64,000 nt of DNA from Candidatus Latescibacterota bacterium (GCA_965248435.1 OZ252100.1:928001-992000), one strand, 5' to 3'. Shown: positions 31,050 through 40,222, counted from the first letter of the stretch. Numbers and translations are program-made. The notes: generated by a model not told the origin, from the sequence alone.

Positions 31050-31184
31050 ATCTAACGTTCCGCAGGTTGCCGAAGCGGCTGTACATCAACAATATAGTAA
31101 AATGCCTCCCGGTAGGGGAGGCTGGTGACCTACAGCCGCTTTGGCGAAGGTCGTACGACCTGAGCCGGCAACCTGCTGTTATAA
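31050..31184 (-). repeat. attC-like site (long variant)
   Basis: ATCTAAC..gcaggttgcc..aagcggctgta...tacagccgctt..ggcaacctgc.GTTATAA. Confidence 0.85.
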
Positions 31185-31276
31185 GCCGTGCCGCCGTAAA
31201 TTAGTAAAACAAAGAGAAGCCGCCCAGAGGGGGCTTTCCCTGTGCGGTATTACCGTCTATGACTGGTTGTCCGTCG

Positions 31277-32122
31277 TCAGTCAACCAAAGAAGGCCGAAT
31301 GGTGCCAGCCCTCTGTAGATCGTGGATAGTCTTCAAAATCGTCGTGCGCGATGTATCAATCTCAGCCTCTGATGGTGACCTCTCTTCAATCATGTGTTGC
31401 ATGATTCCTTGAACACGCTTTGAAATGTTCCGCATGATCTTGTCTTCAACCCGGCGTGCGGCGTTGTCTTTCCTCACCAGGGCAATCGCGAGATCCTCGG
31501 TAAAGGTCTTCCTGAGCGTGGCCACCATCTCCTCATCTGTCAGCTTTGACCAGTCCGCGAAGGATTCTACATCCACTCTATCTGATTTCTCATCCATAGC
31601 GATCAACTCCTGTCTTAGTCTCTGCCGGCCACGGTGCAGGCGGACTTTCACGGCGTTTTTCGAGATAGCGAGTGATTCACTCACAGAATCCACACGCATC
31701 CCAAGAAGGTAGTAGAGGACGACAGCCTCCCTTTCTCCTTCCGGCAGGCAGTCCAGCACATCAAGAATCTGGCGCCTGCGCTCCTCCCGTTCGTATACCT
31801 CATCTGGAGAAAGGTCTAGTGCCGGCGTCCCGTCAGGGTCAATGCCATTCTCCTCGACCTTGGGCCGTCGCAGTTGCATTTTGCAGAGATTAATGGCTAT
31901 TGAACAGACCCAGTTCCTAAACTGGTCAGCGTCCCTGAGGCTCGGCAGGTCGGTAAAGGCCGCAATGAACGCCTCCTGTGCGACATCATCGGCCAGGCCA
32001 ATGTCCTTTAAATACCCCGTTGCCAGCCCGCGCACCGTGCCATAGTGACGCTTCACTAGGATGCCGAAGGCATTTGTATCACCCTCAAGCGACCTAGTCA
32101 CGAAAACATTGTCATTCATCAA
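31277..32122 (-). CDS. ECF sigma factor with C-terminal FliG-C-like domain
   Basis: ADDVAQEAF, VKVRLHRGRQRL; tail FADWSKLTDEEM..LR...DLAIAL...KIMRNISKR...ILKTIHDLQRAGTI. Confidence 0.87.
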   Translation of the reverse strand: MMNDNVFVTRSLEGDTNAFGILVKRHYGTVRGLATGYLKDIGLADDVAQEAFIAAFTDLPSLRDADQFRNWVCSIAINLCKMQLRRPKVEENGIDPDGTPALDLSPDEVYEREERRRQILDVLDCLPEGEREAVVLYYLLGMRVDSVSESLAISKNAVKVRLHRGRQRLRQELIAMDEKSDRVDVESFADWSKLTDEEMVATLRKTFTEDLAIALVRKDNAARRVEDKIMRNISKRVQGIMQHMIEERSPSEAEIDTSRTTILKTIHDLQRAGTIRPSLVD

Positions 32123-32213
32123 CTCTCCGCTTGTTGAAGGCCCTCACAAGGTAGGATGCTGACTGGTGTGGTTTGGTTACATGGGTTTCCGAGATTTCCC
32201 CCGGCGGCATGGC

Positions 32214-32305
32214 TTGTAACGTTCTGGCCACTTGCGAACCCGCCGCAGGCGGGTTGCCGTAGGCCAAGGCGCGTATGCGCCGCAGGGCAAGTGGACGTGT
32301 TATAC
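32214..32305 (-). repeat. attC-like site
   Basis: TTGTAAC..ccacttgc...gcaagtgg..GTTATAC. Confidence 0.85.
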
Positions 32306-32325
32306 GGCTTTTGTGCCTTCAAACT

Positions 32326-32802
32326 CTAGTCCAGCCTCGTCTTTAGCCAAGCTCGGAGCTTTTCACTGTAGGGCTTACGCTCTTCTGGAGTTGTGGTGCG
32401 GCGGCGTTCGGCGTACAGCTGATCTCCTTCCCACCGAGGGAAGACGTGCAGGTGATAGTGCCAGACATCCTGGTTGCCAGCGGGTTCATTGTGCTGCCTC
32501 GATGACACGCCATCGCATTCATATAGCTGTTTGAATCCGATAGAAATCTCTCTTGCCACCTCCTGGATTCTGGCCAGCAAGTGGGTCGGCATGGAGTAGA
32601 CATTCTCGATATGCTTATTGGGGATAACGAGAACGTGCCCGTGATTCCCGGGCCACCACGCCGAAGAAATGAAAGCCGTAACGGTTCCGTCCCGAAAGAC
32701 AACGTCGTCTTGTTTGGTCCTGGTGTGCTCGTTCTCGACCCCATCCACGACTAGGCAGAATGGGCAGGTGTATTCAGCAGGAGCGTGGGAGTTCGTTTCC
32801 AT
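32326..32802 (-). CDS. HIT family protein
   Basis: CPFC, HYHLHVFPR. Confidence 0.9.
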   Translation of the reverse strand: METNSHAPAEYTCPFCLVVDGVENEHTRTKQDDVVFRDGTVTAFISSAWWPGNHGHVLVIPNKHIENVYSMPTHLLARIQEVAREISIGFKQLYECDGVSSRQHNEPAGNQDVWHYHLHVFPRWEGDQLYAERRRTTTPEERKPYSEKLRAWLKTRLD

Positions 32803-32837
32803 TGGCGCGGACCTTTACACCCAAGGGCGGACGTGCC

Positions 32838-32912
32838 GTATAACGGTCTAGGGGTGTGCGAACCCCCGCAGGGGTTATGCGACCGAAGGGAGCCGCACAC
32901 CCCCTGTTAAGT
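32838..32912 (-). repeat. attC-like site
   Basis: GTATAAC..ggggtgtgcg...cgcacacccc.tGTTAAGT. Confidence 0.85.
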
Positions 32913-32935
32913 GTAGTTGCGGCTAATCTGGTAAC

Positions 32936-34138
32936 CTATTTCAGTCTAAAGACTAGCTGGGAGCAATTGCGCTTTACCAGCCAACCATTCTTTGGCGCTT
33001 TCGTTGTAAGACTCCTGGGCAAAACTTCCACGCGATAAGAATCCCTCCGTGGGGCACCGAGTTTTATCCACTTTCGGAGTGCTTTGTCGAACTTCTCATA
33101 GCATTCATCACCACCATAAACGTCAATGTGATTTTGTTCAGCGATGCAAACACTATTAGTGTCGTTTGTGGAGAGAACGTAATGCTTTCCAACTGGTTCA
33201 CCGGATAAGTGGTCCCTTCCTACGGGCTCAATGGATAGACCTTCCAAATAAGCGAAGAAGAATAGGTCGCGCCTAAGCCATTCTCTATGCCCAGGATTCC
33301 AGCTCTCCCACGGGGCAGCCTTCCGAGTAGGTTTGCGACCCGCTTTGATCATTTCCAACCGCCTGTGTGCCTGCTTTGGCGGCATTAGGTCTACGCCGTA
33401 CTTTCCATGCAGTGTCATAAACCCGGGCAAACCAACTACCTTTCCTTTTAGACAACCGTTTCTTTTCCACAATTCAATTAAGAGACACCAAGTCTCGCCG
33501 GGAATATCCTGAAGGGTAATCAACATCATTCCATCTTCCTTCAATTGGTCCATCCATTCTGGTGGAATATCTGGGCTGCTTACGGTCGTAATAATCCGAT
33601 CGTAGGGAGCGTGTTTTCGGTGACCCCTGCCCCCATCAGCCGTAAGGATTGTTAAATTCTGACATCCTTGTCTGCGAATATGTCTTCTTGCCCGTCTTGC
33701 AACATCTGCTTGAATGTCTATACTCCACACGTGCCCTTCGTGACCCACCAGATGCGCCATTAAGGCAGCATTCCAGCCCGTCCCAGCACCGATTTCAAGG
33801 ATCTTCAAACGTGGTTTGAGCTGGAGCTTCTCCAGCATGTCAGCAACAAGACAGGATTGAGACGTCGAACTAGGAGGATTCCGATGGCTCAACAAAGCGA
33901 CATCGCTATAGATCTTCTTCAACTGTGCTGTCGTTGGAGCCTTGGGGTCAACCCTTATCAGTCGCGACCTCTTTCCGTTCCCGCCCTGATAGTACTGATC
34001 GACAAATAAATGACGAGGCGTGGATCGAATCGCTTGCTCAACTTTCTTCGTTTTCAGGGTGCGGGCAACGTAGAGCATATCAATGAAGCTGTCCATTAGA
34101 GAACTTAACTGTTCATTGTGTTCTGTGGATTTTTTCAT
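32936..34138 (-). CDS. protein-L-isoaspartate O-methyltransferase-like protein
   Basis: PRHLFV, ILEIGAGTGWNAAL, APYDRII. Confidence 0.82.
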   Translation of the reverse strand: MKKSTEHNEQLSSLMDSFIDMLYVARTLKTKKVEQAIRSTPRHLFVDQYYQGGNGKRSRLIRVDPKAPTTAQLKKIYSDVALLSHRNPPSSTSQSCLVADMLEKLQLKPRLKILEIGAGTGWNAALMAHLVGHEGHVWSIDIQADVARRARRHIRRQGCQNLTILTADGGRGHRKHAPYDRIITTVSSPDIPPEWMDQLKEDGMMLITLQDIPGETWCLLIELWKRNGCLKGKVVGLPGFMTLHGKYGVDLMPPKQAHRRLEMIKAGRKPTRKAAPWESWNPGHREWLRRDLFFFAYLEGLSIEPVGRDHLSGEPVGKHYVLSTNDTNSVCIAEQNHIDVYGGDECYEKFDKALRKWIKLGAPRRDSYRVEVLPRSLTTKAPKNGWLVKRNCSQLVFRLK

Positions 34139-34236
34139 AAGTGCCGCTATTGGGTGTCGTCAGACACCGCCACTTTTAGCGTTCTCAGCGCCTGCCGAAC
34201 CTGCTGTGCGGTCCAAGGCTGCAAGATCCGAGCTAT

Positions 34237-34824
34237 TCACAAACCCAGCTTCGCCCTCAACTCTTTGCGGTCCCTTATCTCCTCTGGCGGAAACTGACCA
34301 CTCCGAATCAGATCGACGACATTCTGGGCACTTCTCAGGATCTGATCCATTTCATCGTTGTTCACAAGACCAATGCGTCGGGCCTCAGCTAGTTCATCTA
34401 GGTCTAGTATGCTATGGGTGCTCAAGTCATCCTTGACCGTGATGTCAACAAACCAGTCTTTGAAGATCCAGGCATCAAGGTCCGTGCGAAATTCTGTCAC
34501 ACCAATGTCGATGTACCAGGGCCAGTCCTTCCCAAGTGCGGGGAAGCATACATTCTCGTGGATGAAACAATTCCGGTCCAGCAGGTAATAGCAGAGGGTC
34601 TCCGGTCCGCATCCAAATTGGCCCTCGAACGGCTTCTCGACGATCAGGTCTTCAGAGATCTTGAACCATCTCCAGTCGCTCTCGTCGGTCGCTCGAAACT
34701 TAGAGACTTTCTCTTTAAGATAGGACTCCACGAGGTCGGGAGGATTGACCTGGAATCCACCCTCTCCAAGCTCTTTTCCGAGTCGATGCCAAGCGACAAG
34801 TGTTTGGGTCATGTTATTAAGCAA
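34237..34824 (-). CDS. DUF402-like protein
   Basis: WYIDI, DWFVDI, LDLDELAEA. Confidence 0.65.
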   Translation of the reverse strand: MLNNMTQTLVAWHRLGKELGEGGFQVNPPDLVESYLKEKVSKFRATDESDWRWFKISEDLIVEKPFEGQFGCGPETLCYYLLDRNCFIHENVCFPALGKDWPWYIDIGVTEFRTDLDAWIFKDWFVDITVKDDLSTHSILDLDELAEARRIGLVNNDEMDQILRSAQNVVDLIRSGQFPPEEIRDRKELRAKLGL

Positions 34825-34859
34825 TCAGTTCGTAAACAGCAAGTCCGAGCCTTAGACAC

Positions 34860-35408
34860 CTACCCTGACTCCCTTTGACGCTGCTGCCATTCCTGTTCAA
34901 GAATGCTCATCTGCACATTGTTCCACCAGTCTTTACCCATCCTTCGGGACTCTCGCTGCACACCTTCCCGAACGAATCCGCAAGCCTCGTAACACCGAAT
35001 CGCCTTGGTGTTGAAATCCCATACTCCAAGAGAGATCCGATGAAGGTTCAACTCCTCGAACCCATATCGAAGAACCTCCTGAACCATCCTTTTCCCCAGA
35101 CCCTCACCTCTCCTACTCGGATCAACTAGTACGCGACAGAGGGATGCCTTTCGGTCGTGGTCGTAGATGTTGTCTAGTTCGACATGCCCGACTACCTCAT
35201 CGCACTTTATTGCTTTCCATATCTTCCGTTTGTCCGGGTGCCTTTCAGCACATGAGAGGTGCTTTTCGAGTTGACTTTCAGTAAGTGGGAAGGTGAACAC
35301 AAGTCCCGTCCACTGCATTAGGAAGTCAGCTGTAGGTATCCATCCCACGAGGCGTTCAAAATCTGATCGTTCAAATGGTGTCAATTCAATCACATGAGCA
35401 TCTTTCAA
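34860..35408 (-). CDS. RimJ/RimL-type GNAT acetyltransferase
   Basis: RGEGLG, NTKAIRCYEACGF..EG. Confidence 0.88.
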   Translation of the reverse strand: MKDAHVIELTPFERSDFERLVGWIPTADFLMQWTGLVFTFPLTESQLEKHLSCAERHPDKRKIWKAIKCDEVVGHVELDNIYDHDRKASLCRVLVDPSRRGEGLGKRMVQEVLRYGFEELNLHRISLGVWDFNTKAIRCYEACGFVREGVQRESRRMGKDWWNNVQMSILEQEWQQRQRESG

Positions 35409-36223
35409 AAGAGATTCAGAAATCTATCAACTGCTTCGCTCAGAGTGATATCAGCCTCATCGGACCACTCCTTGTAATACCTTTGAAAAGGTGGAATCTG
35501 TGGGGTTGCGGTGGCTATTGACCGCATTTCGAGACGGCCCATAGGACCGGCCGCTTTGAGGTAGCCGCTTTCGCGGAACCGACGAAGTGTAGCATCCACA
35601 TCGTAGTCGACAGATTGGTGACGGATATGCCAGCCATTACTGTGTTGCTCCAGGAGGAGATACTGAGCAGTCGGATTGTAGTCAACCGGAATTCCGACAG
35701 AACCGCAGTTAATGATGATGTGATCCTCCCAAAGCCGTACCTGTGGGTTATGTTGATGCCCTCGTACGAGGTATCGTTCCGTAACACCGAGAAAAATTTC
35801 TTTGAGTTTATCCTCGGGTGTATAGGATCTGAGGGGCTCCTGATTGCTGCGTGGAGAAGAATGGAAAAAGAGCAAGTCTGATACTTCTGGAATTCGACAT
35901 GTGAGTGGAAGAGCACCAAGGGTCTTGCGCTCCTCCACTGAAAATTGTTGAGCTGCCCATTGCAGGGGACCAAACTTCTCCGTGCTCCAAATGGGATCTG
36001 CATCGGGGGTTCCATATCGGGCTATGTAGCTTTCTCCATTACCTTGCACGATAGGGCAGTCGAGTTCACAGGCCAGCTTCCAGCACGCAGCCGAATCTGG
36101 GGCACCGAGAACGATGTCGCCGACAATGATGATTTGATCTACGTTCTGCTTCTTGACGTGATCAAGTGCCGCCTCGAATGCAGGTAGATTCCCATGTATG
36201 TCGGACAGAGCCGCAATACGCAT
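35405..36223 (-). CDS. metallophosphoesterase
   Basis: SDIHGN, GD, GN, GHQH, NCGSVG. Confidence 0.88.
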   Translation of the reverse strand: MRIAALSDIHGNLPAFEAALDHVKKQNVDQIIIVGDIVLGAPDSAACWKLACELDCPIVQGNGESYIARYGTPDADPIWSTEKFGPLQWAAQQFSVEERKTLGALPLTCRIPEVSDLLFFHSSPRSNQEPLRSYTPEDKLKEIFLGVTERYLVRGHQHNPQVRLWEDHIIINCGSVGIPVDYNPTAQYLLLEQHSNGWHIRHQSVDYDVDATLRRFRESGYLKAAGPMGRLEMRSIATATPQIPPFQRYYKEWSDEADITLSEAVDRFLNLF

Positions 36224-36253
36224 GGAAGTTCCTTACGCTCTGAGAATCGTTAG

Positions 36254-36292
36254 GGCGCGTATGCGCCGAAGCCGGGTGTACTCGTGTTAAGC
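36254..36292 (-). repeat. attC-like remnant
   Basis: ggcgcgtatgcgccgaagcc...GTTAAGC; other arm missing. Confidence 0.6.
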
Positions 36293-36304
36293 GCTGGTGC
36301 AGCC

Positions 36305-36787
36305 CTACTGCGGAGCTTTAGGTAGCTTTCTCAGTTCAATTCTGAGGCGCTCCAGGCTGTCCTGAGGCCATGCCTTGTTTCTGTCGTATCCTTCTTCAAA
36401 CTGGGGGACATGAGCCGGCAGCTCAAGCCAGGCGTGCTTTTCTTTGGTCCAAATGTGTGCATTTATCTCAAGAACCCTCATGTCGTCCAACGTTCGCGAT
36501 CTCAATAGAGCAGTGGCCGGGTGATTAGTAGCGGTCCTGTAGATAACATCCTCGCAGGATTCGCAGAGGAACGTCGTTCGATGCGCCGCAATACGCTCCG
36601 AGACAAGTTTGCCCTGATCGAATCTAAGATCGCTTTCAAGAACGATGGTCGTAATCCCGAAGGCGGAACCGGAAGCCTTCTGACAGTCTAGGCAATGACA
36701 TGCGTGCACAAAAAGAGGCGGGTTCCCAAGTCTGTATCGCACCTCTCCGCAGCTACAGCCACCGGAGAACTTGCAGTTCTTAGTCAT
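36305..36787 (-). CDS. GFA family protein (copy 2)
   Basis: Identical to copy 1 except Q6K. Confidence 0.88.
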   Translation of the reverse strand: MTKNCKFSGGCSCGEVRYRLGNPPLFVHACHCLDCQKASGSAFGITTIVLESDLRFDQGKLVSERIAAHRTTFLCESCEDVIYRTATNHPATALLRSRTLDDMRVLEINAHIWTKEKHAWLELPAHVPQFEEGYDRNKAWPQDSLERLRIELRKLPKAPQ

Positions 36788-36817
36788 ACGCTCCTCCAGG
36801 TCAAGCCTGTCCCGCCA

Positions 36818-37510
36818 TCAATCCGCTCTACGCGCGGGTTTGCCTATCTGATCCTGCCTAAGCTTGTCCCACACCCGATCGTCCTCTAGATACGCTCTAA
36901 GCTTCTCCTTCGGTGAGACCAGTACAGGATGCCCATGTCCGAAGCAAATGGTGCTGAATGACAGATCCAACAAACTGCTGAGCGACTGTCTTGCCGCACC
37001 AAGGTCACGAATGTAGTTGGGGGCAATGATTCCAATCTCCCCTTCGGGTATTCCCATATCCATCCTGCCTCCAGAGAGTATGTCCCCAACTATGAGTACA
37101 CCTCCCGACTCCTTCACGAGGAGAGCTGTCTCCGGGAAATAGAGATCGGGCACGAAGATAAGATCAATGATATGCCACAGGCTTTCCCCACCCTTAAAGG
37201 TGCCACCCAACTCGACTTCGTACCGGTCAAGTTCGGCTTCATTGGCCAGTATCTTGCAACCCCATCGCTCTCGAAATTTCTCTGAGTTCCGAAGATGATA
37301 CTCACAAGTTAGCACGATATGTGATGGCTGGCCGATTCGCTCCACCTCGCGAAGGTCATCATCAGCTATCGGAAGAGGGTCAACAAGAGCTACAACACCT
37401 TCATAAGGAACATTGATAACAAAACTGTTCCAAGGATACGGTTCGTCTCTTGTCTCTCCGTGGATCTCGGACCACATCCAGACGTTGGGAGATATTCTCT
37501 GCATCGGCAT
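36818..37510 (-). CDS. metallo-beta-lactamase-fold protein
   Basis: LVDP, LTCEYHLR, VGD, FGHG. Confidence 0.7.
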   Translation of the reverse strand: MPMQRISPNVWMWSEIHGETRDEPYPWNSFVINVPYEGVVALVDPLPIADDDLREVERIGQPSHIVLTCEYHLRNSEKFRERWGCKILANEAELDRYEVELGGTFKGGESLWHIIDLIFVPDLYFPETALLVKESGGVLIVGDILSGGRMDMGIPEGEIGIIAPNYIRDLGAARQSLSSLLDLSFSTICFGHGHPVLVSPKEKLRAYLEDDRVWDKLRQDQIGKPARRAD

Positions 37511-37533
37511 TCTCTGAGGGTGTAGTGCGATAG

Positions 37534-37569
37534 GGCGGACGCACCGACCAGCGCACGGGCGTGTTAGCC
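37534..37569 (-). repeat. attC-like remnant
   Basis: gcaccgaccagcgcacgggcgtGTTAGCC. Confidence 0.55.
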
Positions 37570-37600
37570 GAAGTGGGATCTGTAATTCTCAACTGATTTT

Positions 37601-38320
37601 CTATGAGTCCGTTTTTCTCGATTTTACAATCAAATGGACTGGAACTATTCCCCTCCGAGGCTCATGAACATCCTCAACGCGGAAGCCATTGTGCGCAAGG
37701 GCATTTAGATAGGTTGAGATCATCCGATGATGGCTCCCAAACGTTCCGCACATGCCGGATCCGCCTGAGTACCACTTTCCTTCCTCGCTATACCTCGTTA
37801 CCCGAAGAGCGATGAGATTGCCTTCCTCATCGAATTCTTGATGAGGGTTGTCTACACTGAATGGCGCTCTGAAACAAGGATGCAGGATCAGGAAAACGAA
37901 CAGTCCATTGTTTTCTAGGATTCGCCATACTGTGCGAATCGTTGCATCAAGGCCTGGAATATCCATTAGAGCCATGTAGCAGACAATCGCATCAAAGGTT
38001 CGGTCATCAAATTTATCTAGGCGCTGGGCGTCATCCCTTATGTAGTTGATCCCAAGTCCAACTGATTGTCGTTCCGCGTGATGGAGCAACTTGACCGACA
38101 GATCAACCCCGGTAACCACAGCACCCCGCTTGGCCAACTCACGAGCGAGGTAGCCCTCGCCGCATGCGAGGTCACAGACCCTTGCTCCATCAATGTCTCC
38201 GAGCATTTGGAGAACAGCCTCCTCGGTTTGTCCGACAGATGGGCCGTTTCGAATTATGTAGTCGTAGTAGAAGTCCCATTCTTTATCGTACTCGGATTCG
38301 GGAAGTTCACTGGTGCTCAT
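37601..38320 (-). CDS. class I SAM methyltransferase
   Basis: VCDLACGEG, GVDLS; ATG 38320. Confidence 0.88.
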   Translation of the reverse strand: MSTSELPESEYDKEWDFYYDYIIRNGPSVGQTEEAVLQMLGDIDGARVCDLACGEGYLARELAKRGAVVTGVDLSVKLLHHAERQSVGLGINYIRDDAQRLDKFDDRTFDAIVCYMALMDIPGLDATIRTVWRILENNGLFVFLILHPCFRAPFSVDNPHQEFDEEGNLIALRVTRYSEEGKWYSGGSGMCGTFGSHHRMISTYLNALAHNGFRVEDVHEPRRGIVPVHLIVKSRKTDS

Positions 38321-38354
38321 AGGATGCGGTCTCCCAACTACCCCTGCGCGTGCC

Positions 38355-38447
38355 GCATAACGATCTCGGCACCCACGAACCTGCCGCAGGCGGGTTGCCG
38401 TCAGGCCCAGGCGCGTATGCACCGCAGCGCAAGTGGACGTGTTAGCA
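38355..38447 (-). repeat. attC-like site (chimeric arms)
   Basis: GCATAAC..ggcacccacg...cgcaagtggac..GTTAGCA. Confidence 0.8.
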
Positions 38448-38499
38448 GCCGTCGTGCCCTGAAGAGTCAATCAGATACCAAAGTTGATCACTCAATAAT

Positions 38500-39138
38500 T
38501 CACTCCAATCGAAGCGCTCTAACGAGATCGTGGAAAGAGTCGTAAATCTCACAATCCGCGGTGGCAAATCGAAATCTATCTTGGTGTCCTTGGAGAACGG
38601 CAAGTGGGCGGCAGCCCACGGCGCTCGCTACCTCAACATCATGGTCAGTGTCGCCTATGAAAAGTGTCGCGGATGGATCAAGATCGAAGTGTTCGATCAG
38701 GTCGCGACATCTCTGCTCCTTCGACGTAGCCAATCGATCAGAAAGCCCGTACACACCCTTGAAATGTCCCTGAACTCCGAGCATGTGCACCCATGATACG
38801 AGCATCTCTTCCTCAGCAGCCGACAACACGAACTGATCTATTCCATATTCTCCCAGGTACTCCAAAGCCTCCGTGATTCCCGGATTGAGTGAACAACACC
38901 CAATACCGGACTGGTACACCTTATGAAATTCATCAGAAATGTCGCAATGTTCTTCTCTGACCAGATCGAATCCCAAATGACGATAGTAATCAGATACGGG
39001 GAACCGAAAGATCTGTCTATGTTTTGCGCTGTCTATTGTTGGGAGACTCCTCTTGCGCAACAATTCGTTCATCGAACTTGCTGCCCATTCTAGATCATTT
39101 AAGATGGTTCCGTTGAAGTCCCAAATGACTGATTTCAT
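38500..39138 (-). CDS. HAD family phosphatase
   Basis: WDFNGT, IGDTDHD. Confidence 0.9.
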   Translation of the reverse strand: MKSVIWDFNGTILNDLEWAASSMNELLRKRSLPTIDSAKHRQIFRFPVSDYYRHLGFDLVREEHCDISDEFHKVYQSGIGCCSLNPGITEALEYLGEYGIDQFVLSAAEEEMLVSWVHMLGVQGHFKGVYGLSDRLATSKEQRCRDLIEHFDLDPSATLFIGDTDHDVEVASAVGCRPLAVLQGHQDRFRFATADCEIYDSFHDLVRALRLE

Positions 39139-39201
39139 GATTTTCTCACAAAAAACCGAGATCTTTAATGGGGCCCCAGAAACCTAGGAGCACGATGGCT
39201 G

Positions 39202-40074
39202 CTATAGCATCTGCTTGGCCCCAAGTCTGAGGAGTGGTCTTTCACGGGCAGCCTGTTCTGCGGAGATTTCCTGCCAGTTCTTTGCCACCTCGTGGGTTCC
39301 CAAGATGGCTGTGGTCATGCTCTTAGTCACGATGTCTCCAGTAATCTGATCTTCGAAACCTTTGATCTCAACGAGAGGCACTTCTCCCTTGTAGTAGGTC
39401 AGCTCAACTAGGAGGTTCACCGAGAGATTGACCTCGGACTGCATGTTACCAGACCTCGTGCAGACCGTATGTGCGAACAAGGGTATGTCGTTGTGTTCAC
39501 CTACATCGATAGGCAGATCACCATTGTTCCATGCGCGTGAGACATTCTCGTGGATAGATCCGAGGGATCCGCCGTGCTTGTCGTATAGAACCATTGAAGG
39601 CCAGTCACCTCCAGCAACTCCACCTGCACCGATTAACTTGAATGTTACCGAGTAACGCACGTTGACGAATTCGCAGATAGTTGGCAATGCAACGTATGTC
39701 TGCCAATCGTGCTTTTCAGCGTCAACAGTTCTGTAGAGTGTCAATCCAGCATCTGCCCCCCGCTTCTTGGCGGCGGCAGAAAAGCCTGAAGAAGAAACCA
39801 GCACCGCCTGGTTTGCCTGTATGTCTTCAGCCAATCCCATGAACGATTCGACAGCCTTTACATTTACAGGCCTTTTGAGATCCTTACATTCCATCGCGAC
39901 CAAAAGTTCAAATTGGCCAACTTTCTTTTTGATACATATGTCTACCTGACGCATGCGGCCAGATTTCTTTCCAAGAATCTTTTGGTCGGTTGTGATCTCA
40001 CAGTCAGGTGATAGGGTCTTTTGTATTTGGGAAACAAGCTGTTCAAAGCGTTTCCACTTCGGGGTCTGTTTCAT
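39202..40074 (-). CDS. Mrr-like restriction endonuclease domain protein
   Basis: FE, QVDI, ECKD, SSSGFS. Confidence 0.75.
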   Translation of the reverse strand: MKQTPKWKRFEQLVSQIQKTLSPDCEITTDQKILGKKSGRMRQVDICIKKKVGQFELLVAMECKDLKRPVNVKAVESFMGLAEDIQANQAVLVSSSGFSAAAKKRGADAGLTLYRTVDAEKHDWQTYVALPTICEFVNVRYSVTFKLIGAGGVAGGDWPSMVLYDKHGGSLGSIHENVSRAWNNGDLPIDVGEHNDIPLFAHTVCTRSGNMQSEVNLSVNLLVELTYYKGEVPLVEIKGFEDQITGDIVTKSMTTAILGTHEVAKNWQEISAEQAARERPLLRLGAKQML

Positions 40075-40098
40075 GCGATTTCCCTGGTCCGCAATTTC

Positions 40099-40185
40099 CT
40101 ATAACGTTCCCGGCACCCACGAACCTGGCGGAGGCAGGTTAGGCGGAGGCCCGAATGGGCCCAAGCCGAGGGTGCCGTGTTAAGC
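40099..40185 (-). repeat. attC-like site
   Basis: CTATAAC..cggcaccc...gggtgccg.GTTAAGC. Confidence 0.85.
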
Positions 40186-40222
40186 GCTGGTGCAGCTTTG
40201 AGGCGTGTCACCTCCACGGGGG

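Noticed and set aside
15471-32122. Flagellar operon remnant
   Set aside because: The flagellar-like segments are single domains fused in frame to intact sigmas, in separate locations; no other fli/flg/flh genes
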